From a bacterium (GTDB lineage: Bacteria > UBA10199 > 2-02-FULL-44-16 > JAAZCA01): 64,000 bases of DNA. The DNA lies in the NCBI GenBank assembly GCA_963674695.2, contig CAXXGI010000002.1:736001-800000 (forward strand), given 5' to 3'. Shown piece after piece: positions 55,420 through 64,000 of the stretch (position 1 is the first letter of the stretch; each line of letters opens with the position of its first letter). Under the pieces are notes generated by a model. The model had not been told where the DNA came from. It made no database searches and saw only the letters and a list, made by a program, of their open reading frames with translations. Position numbers and translations under genes: made by a program.

Positions 55420-58400
55420 ATGCGTCGTATTTTCGAGTTCGTCGTCAAACAACCGCTGTTTGTCAATCTCCTCACCCTGTTGGTGGTGGTGGCGGGGATG
55501 ATGGCGATGCTCAACCTCAACCGTGATGTTTTTCCGAACATTCAGCTCGACATCGTCATCATTCAGACCGCCTATCCCGGTTCGACGCCGAAGGAGATCG
55601 AGAAGCTCATCACCATCCCCATTGAGAAAGAGCTCAAAGAGGTGAGCGACATCAAGGAGATGACCTCGATTTCGCTCGAGGGGGCCTCCACGATTTCGAT
55701 CGAAATCGATCCTGACGCGCCTGACAAGAGTAAGGTGGTCACTGATATCCAGCGTGCGGTCGACCGGGTGGATGATCTCCCCGATGACCTCAAGGACAAG
55801 CCGATCGTGACCGAGATCGAGACGCGCAATCGGCCGGCGGTGGAGCTCTCGCTCTCGGGGGATCTTTCGCTCGAGGAGCTTTCGCGTCATGCGGAGGCGC
55901 TCGAGACGCGCATCCTCGACTTGCCCGATATCGCCAAGGTGAGTCTGAACGGGTGGCGGGACCGCGAGATCTGGGTGGAGGTCGATCCCCAGAAGGTGAG
56001 CGAGCTGTATCTGTCGTTGGCGCAGGTGGTCGAGGCGCTCAAAGAGCGCAATGTCAGCATTCCCGGCGGGACGATCTTCGAGGGGGGACGCGAATACTTG
56101 GTGCGCACCGTCGGCGAGTTTATGGACGCCGAGGGGACCAAGCCCGTGGTCATTCGCGCCAACGAGCGCGGCCATTGGATTCGCCTGAGCGATATCGCTC
56201 GCGTGACCGATACCTTCGAGCCGTTCACGACCATCCAGCGCACCAACGGCCATCGCGCCATCAACCTGGTGGCGGTCAAAAAAGAGCGTGGCGATGTGAT
56301 CGATGTGGTCGACGAACTCAAGGAGCTCGTCGCCAACTACAAGACGATTGCGCCGACCGAGCTCGACATTCGGTTGGTGAACGACATGTCTTATTATGTG
56401 CAGCGGCGGCTCAATGTGCTCAAGAGCAACGGCTATGTCGGGTTCGTCCTCGTGCTCGTCTGCCTCTTCCTCTTTTTGACGACGCGCATTGCCATCGCCA
56501 CTGCGGTGGGCATTCCCATCGCTTTTCTCACGACCTTTCTCGTCATGCAGTATGCCGGCATCACGATCAACCTGATCACGATGTTCGGTCTCATTATGGT
56601 ACTGGGCATGATCGTGGACGATGCGATCATCATCGCCGAGAACGTGCACCGTCACATCGAGGATGGCATGCCGATCCGAGAGGCGGGGGTGGCCGGTGCC
56701 TACGATGTTTGGCGCCCGGTGGCGGCTACGGTTATCACCACGATTGCGGCATTTGCCCCGCTCATGTTCATGACGGGGATTATGGGAAAGTTCATTCGCT
56801 TCATCCCGCTGGTCGTGATTCTAGCGCTTATCTCGTCGCTCCTGGAAGCGTTTATCATCCTCCCATCGCATCTGGTGGAGCTCGAGCGTCTGCCGCGCAT
56901 GCGGGCATTTGGTCGGCTTGGCAACGAATGGTTCACGCGCTGGTTCGATCGGCAGCGCGATCGGTACGTGCGTTGGTTGGGGACGCTTATCCGTCACCGT
57001 TGGCCCTTCATGTCGGGCGTGGTGTTCTTCTTCGTGATGTCGCTCTACGTCGGATTTGTGCATCTCCCCTTTGTCCTCTTTCCGCAGAAGGGGATCGAGG
57101 CCTTCTTCGTGCGTGCGAAAGCGCCGGTGGGCACACCCGTCGAAGAGATGGAACGGCGTATGGAGCCGCTGGAACGCCTGATCGAGGAGACGCTTCCCCA
57201 GAGCGAGTGGGACGACTATGTCACGCATGTGGGTATTCAGCAAAACGATGACATCGATCCCTTCGGCGAGCGCGCCAGTCACGTGGGGCAGATTCTGATT
57301 CACTTGAAACCCAGCACGCAGCGCGAGATGACCTCCGATGAACTGGTGGAGCTATTGCGAGCGCGCAAAGGGGAGCTGACGGGATTCACCGAAGTGATCT
57401 TCGAGAAGGTGCGCCATGGTCCGCCGGTGGGCAAGTCTGTTGTCATTCGCGTGCGCGGCGATGATTTCGACATCCTCGAGGCGGCCTCCGAGAAGATCAA
57501 ACAGTTTCTCACGGAGATGCCCGGCGTTTCCGATGCGAAGGATACCTACGAGCCGGGAAAGGATGAGATTCGTGTGGTGGTTGATGATGCGGCGGCGTCC
57601 CGCGCGGGACTCTCCGTTCAGGAGGTGGCGCTGGCGGTGCGCACCGCCTTCGATGGCATGATCGCCACGACGGTCAAGAAGACCGACGAGGAGATCGACG
57701 TGCGCGTGCGCTATCCGGATGCTTCCCGGTATAAGGAGGGAGCGATAGAAGGGGTGATGATTCCCAATGGAAACGGAAACCTCATACCGATCATATCGGT
57801 CGCTTCCTTCGCACGCGGTCCCGGCATCAATGCCATTCGCCACTACGATCGCAAGCGCACGATCATCGTCTCCGCCAGCGTCGACGAAAAACGTGCGACG
57901 TCGATCAGCGCGACCGAAGCGGTCGATCGCGAGTTTCACGACATCGGTCGCGAGTTTCCGGGCGTGACGCTCAACTACGGCGGAGAGTGGGAGAGCACGC
58001 AGGAGTCGTTCACCAGTCTCAAAATTGCCATGGTGATGGCGGCTTTCATCATCTTCATCGTCCTGGCCTTCCAGTTTCAGTCGCTCCTGCAGCCGGTGAT
58101 CGTCATGCTCGCGGTGCCCTACGGTTTTGTCGGCATCGTCTGGGCCTTCTTCTTCCATCTCGAACCAAAGAGCTTTCTGGCGATGGTCGGAGCGGTGGGG
58201 CTGGCGGGCGTGGTGGTCAATAATTCCATCGTGTTGATCGATTTCACCAACAAGGCCAAGGCGCGCGGAATGACGCTGCGCGAGGCGATCGTCGAGGCGG
58301 CACGCATTCGTCTCCGGCCGATCATCCTGACGACCGTGACGACCGTGCTGGGGCTCTTGCCCGTGGCCTACGGCATCATGGGGTTCGATCCCTTCATTGC

Positions 58401-58587
58401 CCCGATGGCGCTGGCCATCGGTTGGGGATTGGCCTTTGCAACGCTGTGCACGCTCTTTGTCACGCCCTGTCTCTATGCGGCGATCGACGATGTGCACTGT
58501 TGGGCAGGCACTCATGTCCCGTTTTTGCGCTGTGACCGCGAACGCAATGCGCAGATTCGCGAGCGCAACCATTCGGATGAAGCGTGA
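55420..58587 (+). CDS. RND efflux transporter permease (AcrB/CusA family)
   Basis: YPGSTPKEIE, GMIVDDAIIIAEN, GVVVNNSIVLID, RLRPIILT. Confidence 0.93.
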   Translation: MRRIFEFVVKQPLFVNLLTLLVVVAGMMAMLNLNRDVFPNIQLDIVIIQTAYPGSTPKEIEKLITIPIEKELKEVSDIKEMTSISLEGASTISIEIDPDAPDKSKVVTDIQRAVDRVDDLPDDLKDKPIVTEIETRNRPAVELSLSGDLSLEELSRHAEALETRILDLPDIAKVSLNGWRDREIWVEVDPQKVSELYLSLAQVVEALKERNVSIPGGTIFEGGREYLVRTVGEFMDAEGTKPVVIRANERGHWIRLSDIARVTDTFEPFTTIQRTNGHRAINLVAVKKERGDVIDVVDELKELVANYKTIAPTELDIRLVNDMSYYVQRRLNVLKSNGYVGFVLVLVCLFLFLTTRIAIATAVGIPIAFLTTFLVMQYAGITINLITMFGLIMVLGMIVDDAIIIAENVHRHIEDGMPIREAGVAGAYDVWRPVAATVITTIAAFAPLMFMTGIMGKFIRFIPLVVILALISSLLEAFIILPSHLVELERLPRMRAFGRLGNEWFTRWFDRQRDRYVRWLGTLIRHRWPFMSGVVFFFVMSLYVGFVHLPFVLFPQKGIEAFFVRAKAPVGTPVEEMERRMEPLERLIEETLPQSEWDDYVTHVGIQQNDDIDPFGERASHVGQILIHLKPSTQREMTSDELVELLRARKGELTGFTEVIFEKVRHGPPVGKSVVIRVRGDDFDILEAASEKIKQFLTEMPGVSDAKDTYEPGKDEIRVVVDDAAASRAGLSVQEVALAVRTAFDGMIATTVKKTDEEIDVRVRYPDASRYKEGAIEGVMIPNGNGNLIPIISVASFARGPGINAIRHYDRKRTIIVSASVDEKRATSISATEAVDREFHDIGREFPGVTLNYGGEWESTQESFTSLKIAMVMAAFIIFIVLAFQFQSLLQPVIVMLAVPYGFVGIVWAFFFHLEPKSFLAMVGAVGLAGVVVNNSIVLIDFTNKAKARGMTLREAIVEAARIRLRPIILTTVTTVLGLLPVAYGIMGFDPFIAPMALAIGWGLAFATLCTLFVTPCLYAAIDDVHCWAGTHVPFLRCDRERNAQIRERNHSDEA

Positions 58588-58590
58588 TGC

Positions 58591-58815
58591 TCACTTCGGT
58601 TTGATCCCTTCTTTCTCATCCATCGTCCTGCCGACCTCATAGCGAAAGATCGAGGAGACGGGCGGTGCGGATGCATCCGGTCGCTTCGCGATGGAATCCA
58701 TCACGAGTTCGCGCAGTTCCTCATCGCTCATGTCGAGTTTGCGCGCGATGAACTCGAGATGCCGCGCGGTGGTTGCGGGAATGCCCATGTGACGAAGGAG
58801 CTTGAGTGGGGCCAT
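58591..58815 (-). CDS. Small orphan protein (74 aa)
   Basis: AGGAGG RBS before MAPLKLLRH; upstream GCAACTTG-N13-ACCGATAA motif. Confidence 0.55.
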   Translation of the reverse strand: MAPLKLLRHMGIPATTARHLEFIARKLDMSDEELRELVMDSIAKRPDASAPPVSSIFRYEVGRTMDEKEGIKPK

Positions 58816-58845
58816 GGTTGTCCTCCTGTGTTTCCTGCGCATTCC

Positions 58846-58874
58846 TTATCGGTTCGAGTGTAGCCCCAAGTTGC
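58846..58874 (-). promoter_or_regulatory. Sigma28-like motif GCAACTTG-N13-ACCGATAA
   Basis: Both halves match the recurrent motif, but the spacer is 2 bp longer. Confidence 0.35.
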
Positions 58875-59035
58875 GTGGGCCGTGATTTTTCTGAAGGATA
58901 CGCGTCGTCATAAAGGGGGAAAAGTGCCGGCGCGTCAGCATCTCCGATGCACGCGCACAGTAATCGGAAGGAGTTTGGAGGGGAGAAGCCGCAACATCTG
59001 ATTATGTAAAAGAAATGACAGCGCTGTGTTGCGCG

Positions 59036-59071
59036 TAAAAAACTCGGGCCGGCACTTTCGCACCGGCCCGA
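59036..59071 (-). terminator. Intrinsic terminator of the ACT gene
   Basis: TCGGGCCGG..CCGGCCCGA hairpin followed by a T-run on the minus strand. Confidence 0.65.
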
Positions 59072-59096
59072 TTCAATTCCCATACTCGTATCAGGA

Positions 59097-59495
59097 TTAC
59101 GGAATCACGTTCATGGCCTTTTCGATCGTGGGTGTGCCCAAGACGATCCAGGTCTCGCCGTTTTTGCCGGCCGTGGCGTAGCAGTAGTCGAGGTCGACGC
59201 CGGCGGTGGCCAGCTGTTGCGACGCGCGAAAGAGCGTGCCTGCTTCGTTGCTCGTTTCGATGACGAGCACTTCCTTTTCATCAACCGTATAGCCCGCTTT
59301 TTCGAGGGAGCTCTTCGCGGCAGCGTTGTCGGAGGTGAGCACGAAGAAAGTAGCTTTGCCTTCGCCCTCGCGCCAGGCGCAGATAGCGTTGAGGTTCACC
59401 CGGGCCTCCGCAATCGGTCCCGTGACACGGGCGAGCGTTCCGGGTTTATCGTCGGCCGAGATCGACAGTTGCTGAGCTTTGAAGACGCGCGTCAT
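59097..59495 (-). CDS. Tandem ACT domain protein
   Basis: QLSISADDKPGTLARV..VNL and NEAGTL..GVDLDYCY. Confidence 0.85.
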   Translation of the reverse strand: MTRVFKAQQLSISADDKPGTLARVTGPIAEARVNLNAICAWREGEGKATFFVLTSDNAAAKSSLEKAGYTVDEKEVLVIETSNEAGTLFRASQQLATAGVDLDYCYATAGKNGETWIVLGTPTIEKAMNVIP

Positions 59496-59573
59496 GGAAA
59501 ACCTCCTGGTTGGAATAGGTGTGTGGGAAAAAACCTAGTATGACGCTGCAAGCATCGCAAGGGGAAAGGGAGC

Positions 59574-60323
59574 TTATGTTTTTTTGAAGTGAAGGAGAAA
59601 TTCGTGGTTCCCCTTCGCGCCGGTGATGGGGGAGTCGGCCATGCCGCAGCAGTTCCAGCCGATCGCGGTGGCCTCTGCGCGGACGCGTTCGATCGCCTCC
59701 GTGTGGGCGTCAGGGTCGGTGACGATTCCACCCTTGCCGACGCGATCACGGCTGACCTCGAACTGCGGTTTGACCAGGGCAATGATCTCGGCTCCGGCTT
59801 CGAGAAAGACGTCGATCGTTCGCATCACGAGCGTGAGCGAGATGAAGGAGAGGTCGATGACCGCCAGCTCGACGCCGTCGGGAATCTTGTCCGGATCCAT
59901 GGTGCGGATGTTGGTGCGTTCGATCACGATAACGCGTTCGTCCTGCGCGATCTTCCATGCCAGTTGTCCGTAGCCGACGTCGATGGCGTAGACGCGCTGT
60001 GCTCCGTTTTGCAGGAGGCAGTCGGTGAATCCCCCGGTCGAGGCCCCCACATCCATGCAGATGCGGCCGTCGATGCTGCAGCCGAAGCTCTCGATGGCAT
60101 GGGCGAGTTTCACGCCGCCGCGACTGACGAAGGCGTGGTCCCGCCCGCGGATACGGATGGAGACAGCCGGATCGACGAGTGTTCCCGGCTTCTCCGAGGG
60201 TTCATCCTCCACGAGGACGCATCCGGCCATGATGAGCGCCTGCGCCTTTTGGCGCGTCGGAGTCAGCTCACGTTCGACCAGCAGCTCATCGATGCGGACC
60301 TTTTTTGATCGCTTCGTCGCCAT
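59574..60323 (-). CDS. tlyA: TlyA-family rRNA methyltransferase
   Basis: S4 domain; FVSRGGVKL, DVGASTGGFTD, DLSFISL, LVKPQFE, SPITGAKGNHEF. Confidence 0.95.
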   Translation of the reverse strand: MATKRSKKVRIDELLVERELTPTRQKAQALIMAGCVLVEDEPSEKPGTLVDPAVSIRIRGRDHAFVSRGGVKLAHAIESFGCSIDGRICMDVGASTGGFTDCLLQNGAQRVYAIDVGYGQLAWKIAQDERVIVIERTNIRTMDPDKIPDGVELAVIDLSFISLTLVMRTIDVFLEAGAEIIALVKPQFEVSRDRVGKGGIVTDPDAHTEAIERVRAEATAIGWNCCGMADSPITGAKGNHEFLLHFKKT

Positions 60324-60363
60324 AGGTATTTTTATTATACAGTACCAATACTGTAAATAGCAG

Positions 60364-60400
60364 AAAAAATCCCCTTCGCCTGTGAAGCAAAGGGGATTTT
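60364..60400. terminator. Intrinsic terminator (of the minus-strand SHOCT gene)
   Basis: AAAAAATCCCCTT..AAGGGGATTTT. Confidence 0.7.
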
Positions 60401-60418
60401 ATGAGTTATATGAACTCG

Positions 60419-61375
60419 TTAGAGGTCCTTGAGGATTTCCTTCCGCTTGGCATCATATTCCTTCTTGTTGATCAGCCCCTCTTTCTGCAGGCGATCCAAC
60501 TCGCGCAGGCGCTCGGCCGTGGCCGATGTGGCTGGTGCTGCACTCGGAGCCGAGGAAGAAGCCGTCGTCCCCGCCATCGAAGCGCCGGCCGTCGCTCCCG
60601 CCGCGACGGGAACGGGTGCTGCTGGGGCGGCCATCACCGGAGGAGGGGTCTTGGCGGCCTTTGCCTTCTTCTCCTTCTTGGCGCTCTCCTGTGCGGTCTT
60701 GCCGTAGGTCTCCACCTTCTGTCCGGACATCGTATAGTCGATGAGCGGTGTCTTCACCATGCCGGGCTTGGTGGCGTAATCGTAATTCAGATCGAGGATG
60801 AGCGTCTCGAGGTCATTGGCCGCCATGGTCTGTCCCGGAGCCAGCTCCAGTTTCACCCGTAGGCCTCGTGCCTTCGATGCGGCGCGCGCCTCGTTTCCGC
60901 GCTTGTCGATATCGCCGGTGATCTTCGCATAGAGCTTCATGAAGTGAATGTAGAGCTTGTTGCCCGAAATCCACATGCTGGCGATGTTGAGGCGATCGTT
61001 GCGCAGGATGAAGATCGGGTTCTTGGAGAGATACGAGATGATCACCTGTTCCATCGGGGTGGCCTTGGCAAAGGCACGCACGATTCCGGGTGCCAAAAAA
61101 TCGATCGCGTCGTCGTCGAAGACGCGCTGCGTGTCGACCTCTTTCTTGAGCACATAGCCACGGGAGAGCTTCACCGACTCGAGCGCGGCGCGCACCCCCT
61201 GTTCGTTGAGCGTCATCGGATGGGTCATGCGGCGCGCCTCGGCCTCACTCCCTTTGATTTCTTTGACCTTCACATAGTTGAAACGGTGGTTGGTGACGAT
61301 ATAGGTCGTCTTGGCGGCCCAGCTCGCAGCTGGCGCCATGATGATGATCAAGGCCGTGAGTAGGATGCGTTTCAT
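60419..61375 (-). CDS. Secreted protein with C-terminal SHOCT domain
   Basis: Signal peptide ending ASWA; ERLRELDRLQKEGLINKKEYDAKRKEIL. Confidence 0.85.
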   Translation of the reverse strand: MKRILLTALIIIMAPAASWAAKTTYIVTNHRFNYVKVKEIKGSEAEARRMTHPMTLNEQGVRAALESVKLSRGYVLKKEVDTQRVFDDDAIDFLAPGIVRAFAKATPMEQVIISYLSKNPIFILRNDRLNIASMWISGNKLYIHFMKLYAKITGDIDKRGNEARAASKARGLRVKLELAPGQTMAANDLETLILDLNYDYATKPGMVKTPLIDYTMSGQKVETYGKTAQESAKKEKKAKAAKTPPPVMAAPAAPVPVAAGATAGASMAGTTASSSAPSAAPATSATAERLRELDRLQKEGLINKKEYDAKRKEILKDL

Positions 61376-61619
61376 GTGATCGATTCCTCCTGAAGAGAGA
61401 GACATGTATGATGTGTGCTGCGTGTAGCGCAGCTCTGTTCCCTTGTCCACGTCAAATGCGCCTCCAGTCGCAGGAGGGGGGTTTTCAATCGATGCGGTCT
61501 ATGGCACGATGGGGCAGTTCTGAAAGCCGTGGTTTGGTTGCCGCCGCACCCGATTTCCCCTCGCGGCGGCACATATGAATGTGAAGAAATGCCCACGTGT
61601 CGATCAGCGGGAGGTTTAA

Positions 61620-61988
61620 ATGGACGAACAACAGATCCCCGAGATTCCTGTCGCACAACCGGTTGCACCCTCGCCGCAGCCGGCCGGAACGGCGCAGAAT
61701 GCGAGCACCCGAGCCACGTTGGCGCTCGTGTTGGGGGTGCTCTCGATCCTCTGCCTCGGGTTTTTCACCGGCATTCCTGCCTTCATCATCGGCTCGATGG
61801 AGCTCAAGGATATCCGGGCGGGGCGCGCGCCCGCAGCGGGCGAGGGGTTGGCCAAGGTGGGATATGTGCTCGGCATCGTCGGATCGATCCTGTCCTGCCT
61901 GGCCATGCTCGTCTTTATCGGTTTGCTCGTGCTGGGCATCACGTTCGGTGCGCAACAGGCTGTGCAGAACACGAGCTTCATTTTATAA
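61620..61988 (+). CDS. DUF4190-family membrane protein
   Basis: ATLALVLGVLS..GIPAFIIG..GEGLAKVGYVLG; GGAGG RBS. Confidence 0.8.
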   Translation: MDEQQIPEIPVAQPVAPSPQPAGTAQNASTRATLALVLGVLSILCLGFFTGIPAFIIGSMELKDIRAGRAPAAGEGLAKVGYVLGIVGSILSCLAMLVFIGLLVLGITFGAQQAVQNTSFIL

Positions 61989-62016
61989 AGCTGGGGCATG
62001 TCCTCATTTCATAGGG

Positions 62017-62087
62017 TGTCATTCCCGCGAACGCGGGAATCTCGATTGTCAGTGTACGTCGAGATCCCCGCCTGCGCGGGGATGACA
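62017..62087. repeat. REP-like doublet, family A
   Basis: TGTCATTCCCGCGAACGCGGGAATCTCGA..TCGAGATCCCCGCCTGCGCGGGGATGACA. Confidence 0.85.
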
Positions 62088-62112
62088 AAAACCAAGATTC
62101 CGCCTCTCGCCT

Positions 62113-62676
62113 ATGCGTGTTATTGCCGGAAGTGCAAAAGGCCACAAGCTGGTGGCGCCGCCCTCGAACCGGACGCGTCCGGTGCTCGATCAGGTCAAGG
62201 AAGCCATCTTCAACATCCTCTTCGACGTGACGGATCTGCGCGTGGGCGACTTCTTCGCCGGCTCGGGTGCCGTCGGCATCGAGGCGCTCTCGCGCGGGGC
62301 GCGCGACGCGGTCTTCGTCGAATCCTGGTCTCCGGCCGTGGAGGTCATCCGCCGTAATCTTGCGCACACACGGCTTGAGGATCGCGCGATCGTCATCGCT
62401 CGCCCGGTCGATATCGCCATCGCCCAGTTGGGCCGCCAGGGGCGCCGCTTCGACCTGATCTTCGTCGATCCTCCCTACGAGCGCGATCTCGTCGGTCCCA
62501 CGCTCGAGCGGATTGCCGAGCAGGAGCTTTTGGCCCCGGCCGGCCGTATCGTCGTCGAACACCATCCGAAGGAGCCCATCCAAGCGCCGCCAGGCCTTGT
62601 CTTGACCGATACCCGGAAATATGGTCAGACGCGCATATCTTTCCTCGAACCAACCTCGAAGGATATCTCCAGCTGA
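62113..62676 (+). CDS. rsmD: 16S rRNA m2G966 methyltransferase
   Basis: MRVIAG..TRP..KEAIFN, DFFAGSG..EALSRGA, DPPY, KYG. Confidence 0.93.
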   Translation: MRVIAGSAKGHKLVAPPSNRTRPVLDQVKEAIFNILFDVTDLRVGDFFAGSGAVGIEALSRGARDAVFVESWSPAVEVIRRNLAHTRLEDRAIVIARPVDIAIAQLGRQGRRFDLIFVDPPYERDLVGPTLERIAEQELLAPAGRIVVEHHPKEPIQAPPGLVLTDTRKYGQTRISFLEPTSKDISS

Positions 62677-62685
62677 GGAGTACAT

Positions 62686-63186
62686 ATGAGCACCACGGCT
62701 ATTTGCGCCGGCAGCTTTGATCCGCCAACGAACGGTCATATCAATATCATCGAGCGGGGTCTGAAGATTTTCGACCGCATCGTCATCGCGGTGGCGGTCA
62801 ACACGCGCAAGCAGCCCATCTTCAACGTCGACGAGCGGCTGACGATGTTGCGCGAGATCTTCAAGGACGACGCGGATATCGAGATCGATACGTTCAATGG
62901 GCTCCTGGTCGACTATGCGCGCAAGCGAGGCGTGCACACCATTCTGCGCGGCCTGCGTACGAACGAGGACTATCAGTACGAGTCGCAGATGGCGCTGGCG
63001 AACAAGACCCTCGATCCAGAGATCGAGATCCTCTATATGATGACGGAGGGGAAGTACGCCCACCTGAGTTCCTCGATCATCAAAGAGATCATCGCCTGCG
63101 GGGGCAGCGGTCACGGCATGCTCCACCCCGTTGTGGAAGCGCGCTTGAAGGAGAAGATATTGCGGTCGTCCTGCGCGAATGCGTGA
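62686..63186 (+). CDS. coaD: Pantetheine-phosphate adenylyltransferase
   Basis: GSFDPPTNGH, RGLR..DYQYE, LSSSIIKE. Confidence 0.95.
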   Translation: MSTTAICAGSFDPPTNGHINIIERGLKIFDRIVIAVAVNTRKQPIFNVDERLTMLREIFKDDADIEIDTFNGLLVDYARKRGVHTILRGLRTNEDYQYESQMALANKTLDPEIEILYMMTEGKYAHLSSSIIKEIIACGGSGHGMLHPVVEARLKEKILRSSCANA

Positions 63187-63212
63187 GGCGCACGAAAAGG
63201 AAGGCACCATTC

Positions 63213-64000
63213 ATGATGCATCTCTCAAAGCGGGCAGAGCAGCTCAAACCCTCGGCGACGCTGGCCATGGCGGCCAAAGCGGCGAAAATGCGCCGGGACG
63301 GCATCGATGTCATCAGCTTCGCCACCGGTGAACCCGATTTCGACACGCCCGCGCACATCTGTGCGGCGGGAAAGCGCGGCATCGATGCGGGGCTGACGCG
63401 CTATCCCCCCAGCCGCGGCACGCCGGAACTCATCGACGCCATCCGTGAAAAGCTCGCGCGCGAAAACGGCCTTTCCTACGAGGCCGACGAGGTAGCCGTT
63501 AGCTGTGGCGCGAAGCAGGCCATCTACAACGCCCTGCAGGTGATGGTCGATCCGGGCGACGAGGTGGTGCTCATCGCTCCCTACTGGGTCTCCTATCCCG
63601 CGCAGGTGCGCCTCGCCGGGGGAGAGCCCGTCGTCGTCTCCACCGATGCGGAGACGAACTTCAAGGTCACGCCGGCGATGCTGGGCAGTGCGATCACCGA
63701 GCGCACCCGCGCGGTCATCCTCAATTCGCCGTGCAACCCGTCGGGCAGCGCCTACACCAAGGCGGAACTCGCTGCGTTGGGCGAGCTGCTCGTCGAGCGG
63801 GGTGTTGCGGTGATCGCCGACGAAATCTATGAGAAGCTCGTCTACGATGGCTTTGTCAGCACCTCGATCGTCGCAGCCTGTCCGAAGCTGAAGGCGCAGA
63901 CGATCCTCATCAACGGCGTGGCCAAGGCCTATGCCATGACCGGTTGGCGCATGGGGTATGCGGCCGGCCCGGCGTCGGTGATCGCCAAAATGATTTCGCT
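63213..64000 (+). CDS. Class I PLP aminotransferase (aspartate aminotransferase-like), 3'-truncated by window
   Basis: Own translation: PSATLAM..GEPDFDTP..GAKQAIYN..PYWVSY..NSPCNPSG..DEIYEKL..AKAYAMTGWRMGY; absent from the ORF track because it has no stop. Confidence 0.93.
   Translation, partial: MMHLSKRAEQLKPSATLAMAAKAAKMRRDGIDVISFATGEPDFDTPAHICAAGKRGIDAGLTRYPPSRGTPELIDAIREKLARENGLSYEADEVAVSCGAKQAIYNALQVMVDPGDEVVLIAPYWVSYPAQVRLAGGEPVVVSTDAETNFKVTPAMLGSAITERTRAVILNSPCNPSGSAYTKAELAALGELLVERGVAVIADEIYEKLVYDGFVSTSIVAACPKLKAQTILINGVAKAYAMTGWRMGYAAGPASVIAKMIS

Overview
GC-rich bacterial chromosome segment. The gene content suggests an uncultured deltaproteobacterial (Myxococcota/Bdellovibrionota-neighbouring) lineage, but this is inference. 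Housekeeping blocks: clpP-clpX-lon; pckA; ruvX-mltG; split coaC/coaB; tlyA; rsmD-coaD-aminotransferase; TolC plus RND pump; MgtE-N/CBS plus NRAMP. There is an interrupted anaerobic purine/pyrimidine catabolism-type cluster (ssnA-like, PLP lyase, cyclic amidohydrolase, ygeY, ygeW, preT/preA, thrC-like) and two toxin-antitoxin-like cassettes with palindromic operators. Most unusual: (1) an sdhCAB operon whose SdhA has lost most catalytic residues and the covalent-FAD His and whose SdhC has lost 3 of 4 heme ligands, while SdhB keeps its Fe-S cysteines; (2) scattered orphan or chimeric genes preceded by a shared sigma28-like GCAAC..CGATA motif, one with a poly-G spacer; (3) a PRMT1-like arginine methyltransferase with double-E and THW loops; (4) a covarying hairpin repeat upstream of three genes; (5) several repeat families (REP-like doublets, rod-like MITEs, and two-armed 7/8-mer tandem arrays that also invade coding sequences). 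No rRNA, tRNA, CRISPR array, transposase or integrase was recognised. All calls are by eye; no searches were run.
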